Assembly (NCBI GenBank): GCA_964431435.1
Contig: CAYSJV010000003.1
Location: 1-46,803 of the forward strand
Direction: 5' to 3'
DNA: 46,803 bases
Origin: an uncultured Candidatus Poseidoniales archaeon
Lineage (GTDB): Archaea > Thermoplasmatota > Poseidoniia > Poseidoniales > Poseidoniaceae
The position numbers and the translations under genes are program-made. Under the pieces are notes generated by a model, which was given only the letters and a program-made list of their open reading frames with translations, had not been told where the DNA came from and did not search any database. Positions 17,337-25,558 of this stretch are shown one piece after another; the stretch's first letter is position 1, and the number at the start of each line of letters is the position of its first letter.

Positions 17337-18830
17337 ATGACAAATCCAGAGCGTAAAATGCTACGCGCAATGCTCACCGATTTTAACAAAGAATGGTCAC
17401 TACTTGAATTACTAGATATATGTAACTGGAACGATCAAATTTATGTTGTTGGTTCTGGAAATGGATTAAATGAATTAGGTTATGCAAGTATCCAAGAAAA
17501 CACAACCACCACATTAACCCTTGGCCCTGAAGGTATTAGTGCAAATAAAAATGGCCTATTAGAATCAAGACTAATTGAAGCGATAAGAAGTTCTGGAGGA
17601 AAAATGTCTGTTTCTGAACTTGGCAAGGGTGCAGATATCGAGAAACACGAAGTTGGAATTGGGATTGGATTATTGAAAGATCTTGGAGTTAGCATTCTTG
17701 GTGGAAATTTAGAAATTACAGGTGACACCAGTAGTTTAGATTTGCAGATTTCAGAACGAACATTATTCATTAAGGATATTGGGGAAAGTAATGGTATCGA
17801 TGTAACAACTCTAAATCAAGAGATGGTAGTCCATTTCAAAAATAGGAAGGGTTTGATAGAGCAAAATGAAAGTACATCTAGAACTTGGAAATTAACAGAA
17901 AGTGCCAGTAATGTATCTGAAGAGATGTTAAAAGAATCTGAAGAGATAGTAGAAATTACTCCTGAAATGCTACAATCAGATGAGTGGAGGGATGCGAAAT
18001 TCAAATCTTATGATGTGACACTCGAAGCATCTATGGCGCAGGGTGGAAGACCCCATCCGATGCAATCCCTTATTGAACGAATTAGATCAATTTTTCTTGA
18101 AATGGGATTTGAAGAAATATCTGGTAATTATGTCCAATCTGCAGGATGGAACATGGATGCACTTTTCATACCCCAAGATCACCCTGCTAGGGAAATGCAA
18201 GATACATTCTACTTGACCAATCCTGATAAAATCAAAATAGATTCCGAACGTATAGATCAATGGAAGAATGTGCATGAACATGGAGGAGATACGGGTAGTC
18301 GTGGTTGGGGGGGAAATTTTTCAGATGAGGTGGCACAATCAGCACTACTTAGGACACACACTACTGTTAATACAATCAAATATTTAGAAGAAAAGCCAAA
18401 AGATGCATGCAGAGTTTTTGCAATTGGTCGTGTATTCAGAAAAGAAAGTATCGATAGAACACACCTACCTGAATTTCATCAAATTGAGGGTATCATTATG
18501 GAAGAAGGAGCAAACCTTCCAATGTTGGTAACTACATTGACAACGTTTTATGAAAAAATGGGTTACCCGGAAGTAAGAGTTAGACCTGCCTATTTCCCCT
18601 ATACGGAACCATCTCTCGAAATTGAAGTGAAATGGAAAGGTGAGTGGTTGGAGTTAGGAGGGGCTGGTATATTCAGACCAGAAGTAACTGAGCCATTGGG
18701 TTGTACAGCACCTGTATTAGCATGGGGTATGGGATTAGAACGCTTAGCGATGTTAGTTCTCAATCTTGATGATATCAGACAATTGTACATTTCCGATTTA
18801 GAATGGCTTAGAAAACAACCAATCTTGTGA
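17337..18830 (+). CDS. pheS: Phenylalanine--tRNA ligase alpha subunit, archaeal type
   Basis: The class II core HPMQSLIERIRSIFLEMGF, FIPQDHPAREMQDTFY, LLRTHTT, FRKESIDRTHLPEFHQIEG and GAGIFRPEV is preceded by a long archaeal/eukaryal-type N-terminal domain. Confidence 0.92.
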   Translation: MTNPERKMLRAMLTDFNKEWSLLELLDICNWNDQIYVVGSGNGLNELGYASIQENTTTTLTLGPEGISANKNGLLESRLIEAIRSSGGKMSVSELGKGADIEKHEVGIGIGLLKDLGVSILGGNLEITGDTSSLDLQISERTLFIKDIGESNGIDVTTLNQEMVVHFKNRKGLIEQNESTSRTWKLTESASNVSEEMLKESEEIVEITPEMLQSDEWRDAKFKSYDVTLEASMAQGGRPHPMQSLIERIRSIFLEMGFEEISGNYVQSAGWNMDALFIPQDHPAREMQDTFYLTNPDKIKIDSERIDQWKNVHEHGGDTGSRGWGGNFSDEVAQSALLRTHTTVNTIKYLEEKPKDACRVFAIGRVFRKESIDRTHLPEFHQIEGIIMEEGANLPMLVTTLTTFYEKMGYPEVRVRPAYFPYTEPSLEIEVKWKGEWLELGGAGIFRPEVTEPLGCTAPVLAWGMGLERLAMLVLNLDDIRQLYISDLEWLRKQPIL

Positions 18831-18835
18831 TAATT

Positions 18836-19501
18836 ATGAATTCATCATGGAATAATCCTCAAGCCTTAGGAATCCCTGTAAATAATGGAGAGCCATCGAA
18901 ATGGTGGTCTTGGGGTTTAGCCATAGCCATAGGGGTGATGACAATATTCAGCGTATTAGGTTCTATTGTAACCTTTTTAATTCCTTATGATCTACTATTA
19001 TCAGATTGGAATCCAGAAGAACCGGGGGAATTCCCACAAAATGGTACAAACGAAGAACAGGGTGAATGGAACGAAACAAATGAGGAATGGCGAATCTATG
19101 AAAATGTCACTCATATGTTTGATGAAATGCAAGGAGGGTTAGGGCAAGGTGCTTGTTTACTAAGTTTTGTAAGTGGAATAATTGGCATGGTGGCATGTAC
19201 AATGCTAATCCAACGCAATCAAAACGGGTTTACTATGGCTGGGATTTGGTTACTAGTAAGTACAATAGGGCAGCTTATACTAACTATACAATATACTAAT
19301 ATGACAAGTGGACTTTATCCTGAAGAGCAAGCGTGGATTCCGGCAGTCACATTGGCTTCTAATTTAGGAGGAACTATAGTGTGTAATTTGTCATTACTTG
19401 CTGTGATTTTGATTTGTGCTACAAAACATAAAGGAAGGATGGAGTTACCTGAAAGTGGATTCCACATAAACACATCAGTTAAAAAGCCAGAAGAGGAATG
19501 A
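18836..19501 (+). CDS. Hypothetical 4-TM membrane protein
   Basis: Hydrophobic helices, an acidic Asn/Glu-rich loop with NxT/S sequons, and a tail ending ...KKPEEE. The listed GTG start overlaps the pheS stop; the first ATG is at 18836. Confidence 0.55.
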   Translation: MNSSWNNPQALGIPVNNGEPSKWWSWGLAIAIGVMTIFSVLGSIVTFLIPYDLLLSDWNPEEPGEFPQNGTNEEQGEWNETNEEWRIYENVTHMFDEMQGGLGQGACLLSFVSGIIGMVACTMLIQRNQNGFTMAGIWLLVSTIGQLILTIQYTNMTSGLYPEEQAWIPAVTLASNLGGTIVCNLSLLAVILICATKHKGRMELPESGFHINTSVKKPEEE

Positions 19502-19530
19502 CTTAGAACCACACACTCCAACGATTTGAT

Positions 19531-19866
19531 ATGACCGAACACCCAATGCAATTGCTTGTATCTAACACAGAAACAATACCTGGACGAAATATAGTTAACT
19601 CACTGGGGCTTGTCTCAGGCTCAACAGTAAGAGCAAAACATATCGGAAAAGATATACTTGCAGGATTTAAAAATATAGTTGGTGGTGAATTAAAAGCATA
19701 TACTGAGTTACTCAGTGAAGCAAGAAATGAGGCACTTGCCAGAATGATGATGGATGCGGCTGGGAGGGGGGCAAATGCCATTGTAAATGTCAGATTTGCA
19801 ACATCTGCAGTAGCAGGTGGTGCTGCTGAATTATTTTCATATGGCACTGCAGTAGTAGTTGAATGA
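19531..19866 (+). CDS. YbjQ/UPF0145 family protein (putative heavy-metal-binding domain)
   Basis: ...TTETIPGRNIVNSLGLVSGSTVRAKHIGKDILAGFKNIVGGELKAYTELLSEARNEAL.RMM..A...GANAIVNVRF...YGTAVVV is a near-canonical YbjQ sequence. Confidence 0.85.
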   Translation: MTEHPMQLLVSNTETIPGRNIVNSLGLVSGSTVRAKHIGKDILAGFKNIVGGELKAYTELLSEARNEALARMMMDAAGRGANAIVNVRFATSAVAGGAAELFSYGTAVVVE

Positions 19867-19875
19867 GTGATTTAA

Positions 19876-20358
19876 GTGTGGATAGATAAAGAAACATTTG
19901 AATATATTTTTTGGATAACACTCACACTATCATTGACTTTAGGTCCATGGATAGCGAGTTTATTAGGAGGTCACTTTTATCAAAAATCGAAGAAAAAGAA
20001 GTTGCTCGAAAGAGAAATTAATTCACCTCGAGATCCCATTACAAATCTACGAAAACCAAGTAGGGATGATGCCATTACTTCAAGCAAACTAGTATGGGCT
20101 AATGTAGTCATGTCACCTAGTTGGTGGCAAATCTTGGTCGGGAAAATAAGTAGTATGTTTGGAGGGAGAATAGACGTTCTAACCAATACTTTTGATTGGG
20201 CTAGAAGAGAGGTTTTACAACGTCTAAGAGAAAAAGCATGGGATGAAGGTTATGATGATGTGATTAATCTACGGATTGATACCTCAATGATAAGTGCCAA
20301 CACAGAAAAACAAGCCGCAATGGAAATAATAGCGTATGGAACTGGTATACGTTATTAA
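19876..20358 (+). CDS. Membrane-anchored YbjQ/UPF0145-like protein
   Basis: An N-terminal TM helix and basic linker are followed by SMFGGRIDVLTNTFDWARREVLQRLREKAWDEGYDDVINLRIDTS...IIAYGTGI, a diverged YbjQ domain. The start codon is GTG. Confidence 0.65.
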   Translation: MWIDKETFEYIFWITLTLSLTLGPWIASLLGGHFYQKSKKKKLLEREINSPRDPITNLRKPSRDDAITSSKLVWANVVMSPSWWQILVGKISSMFGGRIDVLTNTFDWARREVLQRLREKAWDEGYDDVINLRIDTSMISANTEKQAAMEIIAYGTGIRY

Positions 20359-20404
20359 TAATTTAGATTATGAAACATTATTAGAGTAAGCAGTATAGCG
20401 AGTA

Positions 20405-20770
20405 TTGGAGATGACAATGCAACCAGAAATGCAGCAACCACAAACAGACCAATTTGGACAACCTGTAGCGCAACAACCAATGATGATGCAACAACCAGGA
20501 ATGATGGCGCAGCCAGTAATGATGATGAATCCAAACGCCAAAAGTAAACTTGTAGCGGCCCTTTTAGCTATTTTCATAGGTGTCCTAGGAATACATAATT
20601 TCTATTTAGGAAACAATGGAAAGGGGATTGCTCAATTACTGATTACAGTGTTAACTTTTGGCATTGGTTCTCTAATAACTTGGCCTTGGTCATTGATTGA
20701 AGGTATACTTCTTTTGACAGGTTCAATCTCAGTAGATGGAAATGGAATGCCTCTCAAAGAGGGATTCTGA
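20405..20770 (+). CDS. TM2-domain membrane protein with Met/Gln/Pro-rich N-terminus
   Basis: LLAIFIGVLGIHNFYLGNNGKGIAQLL matches the TM2 domain signature. The N-terminal 45 aa are M/Q/P low complexity. Confidence 0.75.
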   Translation: MEMTMQPEMQQPQTDQFGQPVAQQPMMMQQPGMMAQPVMMMNPNAKSKLVAALLAIFIGVLGIHNFYLGNNGKGIAQLLITVLTFGIGSLITWPWSLIEGILLLTGSISVDGNGMPLKEGF

Positions 20771-21172
20771 ATGCAGCCAATGAATGATCCTACTGCGAAT
20801 TGGGGTGCCGCTCCAGCACAACCAGGAATGATGGGCGGACAGCAGCCAATGATGATGGGAACGACTCAGCCCGCAGTATTTCCAATCGGTCAGCAACCAA
20901 TGATGGGGGGTATGATGGGCTATGCAGCCACATCTGCAACAACTGCATTAATACTATCCTTAGTTGGTCTTTTATGTTGTCAACCAATAGCGATTATATC
21001 GCTCATTATGGCTCATCAAGCATTATCCATTACTGGAGTAAGTCCTGGGCACCCTGATCATGGTTCAGCAAGAGCCGCTCAAGTAATTTCATGGATTGGA
21101 ATAGTATTTTTGATGTTAGCCGTAGTATATTATGCATGGTTATTCATGATGTTCTCTGAGAGTGGGTACTAG
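20771..21172 (+). CDS. DUF4190/CD225-like small membrane protein with Met/Gln/Pro/Gly-rich N-terminus
   Basis: The two-helix hairpin LILSLVGLLCCQPIAIISLIMAHQAL...AAQVISWIGIVFL resembles DUF4190. The start abuts the stop of the previous gene (TGAATG). Confidence 0.55.
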   Translation: MQPMNDPTANWGAAPAQPGMMGGQQPMMMGTTQPAVFPIGQQPMMGGMMGYAATSATTALILSLVGLLCCQPIAIISLIMAHQALSITGVSPGHPDHGSARAAQVISWIGIVFLMLAVVYYAWLFMMFSESGY

Positions 21173-21215
21173 TGGGAGAAGGCAAATACAACCACTTAAT
21201 GGTCCTGCAAAAAAG

Positions 21216-21289
21216 TGGAGGCTGCGAGATTTGAACTCGCGGCCGCTTGGTTGCAAACCAAGCGCTCTTCCAAGCTGAGCTAAGCCCCC
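21216..21289 (-). tRNA. tRNA-Ala (anticodon UGC)
   Basis: The reverse complement reads GGGGGCT-TA-GCTC...GAGC-G-CTTGG-TTTGCAA-CCAAG-CGGCC-GCGAG-TTCAAAT-CTCGC-AGCCTCC-A. The G3:U70 Ala identity pair is present. CCA is not encoded. Confidence 0.9.
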
Positions 21290-21397
21290 TTACGCCACTC
21301 CCTAAACAACTTACCTTTTGTTATTTCTCATAATTTCATTATATTTTTTAATCATTAATTGGGAATATATTCATTTGTAAGATGTTCTCGCATCAAC

Positions 21398-22744
21398 ATG
21401 GCCACAATTGATTTTGCTGCAATGATGGATTTTTTGGATAGTCTTGAGTGGTGGGGGAAGTTAATTTTCGGAGTTTTTGGTTCTTTAGTAGTCGCATTCA
21501 TGACCAGAGCATTGGTATGGGGCCCTGTTATGAAGTTAGTAAAGAAAACTGAAGCAAAATGGGATGATGATTTAATTAAATTAGCTACTCCATTGGTTAA
21601 TTATGCAGTATTTTTATCTGGGCTATATGTTACAATATTATGGTCGCTTGATTCACAGTTAACCCCTATTTTAAGGTCTACAATTGCAACATTGCTTGTA
21701 ATAATGTTACTATTTCTAATAGGTGGATTCCTCACAAGATCTGTAAACAAATTTTTGCCGCCCACGCTTGAAACATTGGATAAAAAAGGCAACCTTGGTT
21801 TGTCAGGTGGAACCACCATATTTTCTGGTTTAATAAAAGTCATAATTTGGGCAACGGCTGCACTAGTAATTATGGCACAATTAGATATTGATATAACAGG
21901 TGCATTAGCATCTTTAACAATATTTTCTTTGGTAATAGGCATGGCTATGCAAGAATCTGCATCCAATATGATTATATCTGCACAATTAATGATTGATAAG
22001 CCATTCCAAGTTGGTGATAAAATTGAGGTCTTAGCGATAATTGGTGTTGTTGTAGACATTGGATTTATGTCCACCAAAATTAGAACACCTTCAGAACACA
22101 TGGTAATATTGCCTAATAAGGTAATTGCCAGTGAAAAGATTACAAATTATGCAAAAGGAGGGCCATCTGAATTCCCAAGAAGAGTTAATTTGAGGATGGA
22201 TTTCACAGTTAGTTATGATGAGTCTCCAGCACACGTAAAGCAAGTTCTGCAAGACATTGCAAATAGTTGTGATTATTTGAGCAAAAACCCAGAACCAAGA
22301 GTTCTTTTTACCTCAATGCTTGATTCCAGTTTAGTGTTTAGATTGAACTGCTGGGTCACAGATTATTCAGATGAATACATGGCAAGAGATTACCTTCTAA
22401 GCACTGTGTTAGAAAAATTCAGAGAAGAGAGTATCGACATACCTTATCCGCATATGCAAATCAAATATGAAGCGCCCACGAGTATTAATGAAGCGCAAGC
22501 GCGTAAAAAAGCAAAAGAGGTTGAATCACTTCAACGCGAAAAAGAAGAACGCCAAAAAGAAGCTGAAAAACTTGAAACTAAAGCAGCTGCCAAAACATAC
22601 GAAAAACGTCAAATTTTACGTGAACGTGTTAACGAGATTAGAGAACTTATGGATTCAGAAGATATAAATGAAGATGAACGAATCAAATTAGCAGATGAAT
22701 TGATTGAAATTGAAGAACAACTAACTCTTTCTGATGATGATTGA
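21398..22744 (+). CDS. MscS-family mechanosensitive channel with Lys/Glu coiled-coil C-terminus
   Basis: NMIISAQLMIDKPFQVGDKIEV...GVVVDIGFMSTKIRT is the MscS signature. The C-terminal ~90 aa are KE-rich and end ...LSDDD. The start is taken at the ATG at 21398 (MATIDF...). Confidence 0.85.
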   Translation: MATIDFAAMMDFLDSLEWWGKLIFGVFGSLVVAFMTRALVWGPVMKLVKKTEAKWDDDLIKLATPLVNYAVFLSGLYVTILWSLDSQLTPILRSTIATLLVIMLLFLIGGFLTRSVNKFLPPTLETLDKKGNLGLSGGTTIFSGLIKVIIWATAALVIMAQLDIDITGALASLTIFSLVIGMAMQESASNMIISAQLMIDKPFQVGDKIEVLAIIGVVVDIGFMSTKIRTPSEHMVILPNKVIASEKITNYAKGGPSEFPRRVNLRMDFTVSYDESPAHVKQVLQDIANSCDYLSKNPEPRVLFTSMLDSSLVFRLNCWVTDYSDEYMARDYLLSTVLEKFREESIDIPYPHMQIKYEAPTSINEAQARKKAKEVESLQREKEERQKEAEKLETKAAAKTYEKRQILRERVNEIRELMDSEDINEDERIKLADELIEIEEQLTLSDDD

Positions 22745-22746
22745 TC

Positions 22747-23763
22747 TTAGTGGGTTGTACCTTCACCTACACTATTCATCGCACTTTCAAGAAGTCTAAG
22801 AAGTCCCCTTAGCGTAACTTCACTCACACCCACCACCTTACAAACTTCGGCTTGAGTACGGGGGTGTCCTCTCAGTTGAGATGATTTGTACAAAATCACA
22901 CCTGCAACTCCTGATGGTTTTTTCCCTTGCCAAACATCCAAGTGTTTTACGGAATCCCATAATTCATGGGTTTGCATTAATACAGCCGGAGGCAATTGCA
23001 ATTTATTATGGAACAAATCAAAATATTCAACAGGTGAGGTAACGTGATGTGCACCTAACACCCTAGACACGATTCTGATTGTTCTTTTCAATTCCTTTTC
23101 TCCAACAGCAAATGATTTGGCGAGATCAATTATTGATCTTGGTAAACCTGCTTCTCTAGCAGCCAAATAAGTACATGCTGCAGAAACTCCTGCGATACTC
23201 CTTCCTGTAACAACCCCTTTATCAACTGCTTTTCGATAATAAAATGCGGCTTCCTCTTGAAGATTTTTTGGAAGGTCTGAACAATTTCTGATAAATTGCA
23301 TAGCCTTTGTCAGATTCCGTGATCTACTACTCCGATTTTTTGATCGTGAATCAATTACAGCTCTTCTATTCCAATCTCTTCGTCCTCTGGCATTCATGCC
23401 TAATCGACTTGCCCTACTACCTCTGAGGTCCTTTCTATCAATAACTGTATTAAGTCCTTTATCAGATAATGCAAAAGTAGGTGGTGCACCTACTCTAGAT
23501 TTATCAGTACCATCTCCGTGATTTGACCATTCAGCACCGGGATCAATTACATCTTGTTCTACTACCAACCCACATGATGCGCAATGAACCTCGCCACGCG
23601 TTTCATCAGTTGACCAATTTATTTCACCACAATCGGCACATGGATCTTCTTGTCCAGTTGTTTTCCTCGTTGGTCTTGAATCGGGTACAAACCCTGAATC
23701 TCTACCTTTATCAATGTCAAATTCTATTTCTTTTTTCACTTTATTTTTACTATCGCCCGGCAC
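22747..23763 (-). CDS. tfb: Transcription initiation factor IIB (TFB)
   Basis: A Zn-ribbon (CADCGE...CASCGLV), B-linker (DKGLNTVI) and two cyclin-like repeats (AGVSAACTYLAAREAGLPRS..., GVAGVILYKSSQL...RTQAEV). The start codon is GTG, with no ATG upstream of the Zn-ribbon. Confidence 0.92.
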   Translation of the reverse strand: MPGDSKNKVKKEIEFDIDKGRDSGFVPDSRPTRKTTGQEDPCADCGEINWSTDETRGEVHCASCGLVVEQDVIDPGAEWSNHGDGTDKSRVGAPPTFALSDKGLNTVIDRKDLRGSRASRLGMNARGRRDWNRRAVIDSRSKNRSSRSRNLTKAMQFIRNCSDLPKNLQEEAAFYYRKAVDKGVVTGRSIAGVSAACTYLAAREAGLPRSIIDLAKSFAVGEKELKRTIRIVSRVLGAHHVTSPVEYFDLFHNKLQLPPAVLMQTHELWDSVKHLDVWQGKKPSGVAGVILYKSSQLRGHPRTQAEVCKVVGVSEVTLRGLLRLLESAMNSVGEGTTH

Positions 23764-23922
23764 CTACACTCACCCCTATATTACTAGTTAACTCCAAGTT
23801 ACATAGTGTGGGTTTCCCACTTATAAACCTTACGTATACTTGTTCGAAGTAATTACGACCAAACTTCTCGGTGTTGAGGAAGATTGTTTATTTGGTGAAT
23901 TTGGTAAGAGGTACTGAAGAGG

Positions 23923-25227
23923 ATGCCAGCCACAGTAGTTCTTGGGGCCCAGTGGGGAGATGAAGGTAAAGGAAAACTTGTAGACATACTTGCAGGTAAT
24001 GCATCCCTTGTAGCTAGATTTCAAGGAGGTAATAATGCAGGACATACAGTTGTACTGGGGGAAAATATACTCAAATTCCACCTATTACCAAGCGGGATTA
24101 CTAGAAAAGACTGTGAATTAATATTGGGAGATGGGATGGTTATTGATCCTTGGGTATTAGATAAAGAACTAACAGATTGGAGTGAAAAATCTAATGAAAA
24201 ACCTGCGGGAAATAGATTGTTTATTTCAGAAAGAGCACATGTGATTTTACCATTTCACCGCGCATTAGATGGGCTTGACAAAAAAATAGGTACAACTGGG
24301 AGAGGTATTGGGCCAACCTATAGTGATAAAATATCAAGAACCGGAATAAGATTTGGGGATATCGGATCAATTCTTGAAGATAAAGCATCACTTGAAGAAA
24401 TTGTTTCAAAACAAAATTTACTTTTACAAGTTAGTGGTTCAGATACTGTGATTTCTGCAGATGAATTGTGTGAACAGTTAATGTGGATAATGACCCGGTT
24501 TGGAAACGCAATAGATAATACTGCCATCAGAATAGAAAATACACTAAAGATGGAGCAAAGGGTAGTATTAGAAGGTGCACAAGGTTGCTTGCTTGATATA
24601 GATCAGGGGACTTATCCGTACGTAACCTCATCTGTTACTAGCAGAGGTAATGCAACACACGGCGTAGGTATACATCCGGGACATGTTGATCGTGTAATCG
24701 GAATTGTCAAAGCATATACTACGAGAGTAGGTCATGGGCCATTTACAACTGAATTAGATGATGACATAGGGGTTCATTTGACAGAAGTAGGCCATGAATA
24801 TGGTACCACCACAGGACGAAGACGGAGGTGTGGGTGGCTTGACACGGTGGTATTGAAACACTCACATCGAGTAAATGGATTCAGCGAATTTGCGATGACA
24901 AAATTGGATGTATTAGGTGGATTAGATAAATTAAAAATATGTATAGGTTATGATTATCGTGGAGAGAAAATCGTAAATCTACCAACTAGTTCGATAATAT
25001 TGGAGGAATGTAAGCCTGTTTATCTTGAAATGCCAGGGTTCGAAGCATACACCTTGGAACAATGGCTAGATATTGCAAAAGATGCAAACAAAAATAGTAA
25101 AGGATTTGCGGCACTTCCTGAAAATGCACAAAAATATATTCAACAAGTAGAGAATTTGTTGGGTGTAAAGATATCATCGGTGGGGGTAGGGCCTGACAGA
25201 GATGCAACAATATTAGCAAATCATTAA
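23923..25227 (+). CDS. purA: Adenylosuccinate synthetase
   Basis: VVLGAQWGDEGKGKLVD, GGNNAGHTV, GTTGRGIGPTY, GAQGCLLDIDQGTYPYVTSS and YGTTTGRRRRCGW are all canonical PurA motifs. Confidence 0.95.
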   Translation: MPATVVLGAQWGDEGKGKLVDILAGNASLVARFQGGNNAGHTVVLGENILKFHLLPSGITRKDCELILGDGMVIDPWVLDKELTDWSEKSNEKPAGNRLFISERAHVILPFHRALDGLDKKIGTTGRGIGPTYSDKISRTGIRFGDIGSILEDKASLEEIVSKQNLLLQVSGSDTVISADELCEQLMWIMTRFGNAIDNTAIRIENTLKMEQRVVLEGAQGCLLDIDQGTYPYVTSSVTSRGNATHGVGIHPGHVDRVIGIVKAYTTRVGHGPFTTELDDDIGVHLTEVGHEYGTTTGRRRRCGWLDTVVLKHSHRVNGFSEFAMTKLDVLGGLDKLKICIGYDYRGEKIVNLPTSSIILEECKPVYLEMPGFEAYTLEQWLDIAKDANKNSKGFAALPENAQKYIQQVENLLGVKISSVGVGPDRDATILANH

Positions 25228-25240
25228 TGAGTGTGGAATA

Positions 25241-25558
25241 ATGGATCCAAGAAGAAATGCAAGAAGAGAAAAGGCCAGACAGGCTGCAAAGAAAGCACTA
25301 GAACAACGTAGGAAAAAAGTTGAAAAAAGTGAAGCATCAAACGATTCAAAAGAAAAAACTCCTGAAACAACCTGTGGAATTAAAAAATGTGATAATTGGG
25401 CAGATAAATCAAATGGTGGAAGAAGTTTAGGTGCAAGCAAAGCGGACATGGTTTGGTCAAAAGGACAATATGAGACTCAAAAAGGCAGAGTGAAAATTTG
25501 TAAATCTTGTTATAGAATTTGGAAGAAAGAAACTAAGGATGAAAAAGAGTACTATTGA
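25241..25558 (+). CDS. Small basic protein with putative C4 zinc site
   Basis: 105 aa. It has a Lys/Arg-rich N-terminal helix, then CGIKKC ... CKSC. It lies 13 nt downstream of purA. I recognise no family. Confidence 0.45.
   Translation: MDPRRNARREKARQAAKKALEQRRKKVEKSEASNDSKEKTPETTCGIKKCDNWADKSNGGRSLGASKADMVWSKGQYETQKGRVKICKSCYRIWKKETKDEKEYY

Noticed and set aside
13821-21289. The region is bounded by two tRNA genes (Thr and Ala, both on the minus strand), which could mark an integrated element or genomic island.
   Set aside because: There is no integrase, transposase or phage-like gene, and I saw no duplicated tRNA 3' fragment (att repeat). The content includes core genes (aminotransferase, pheS), and composition looks uniform by eye.
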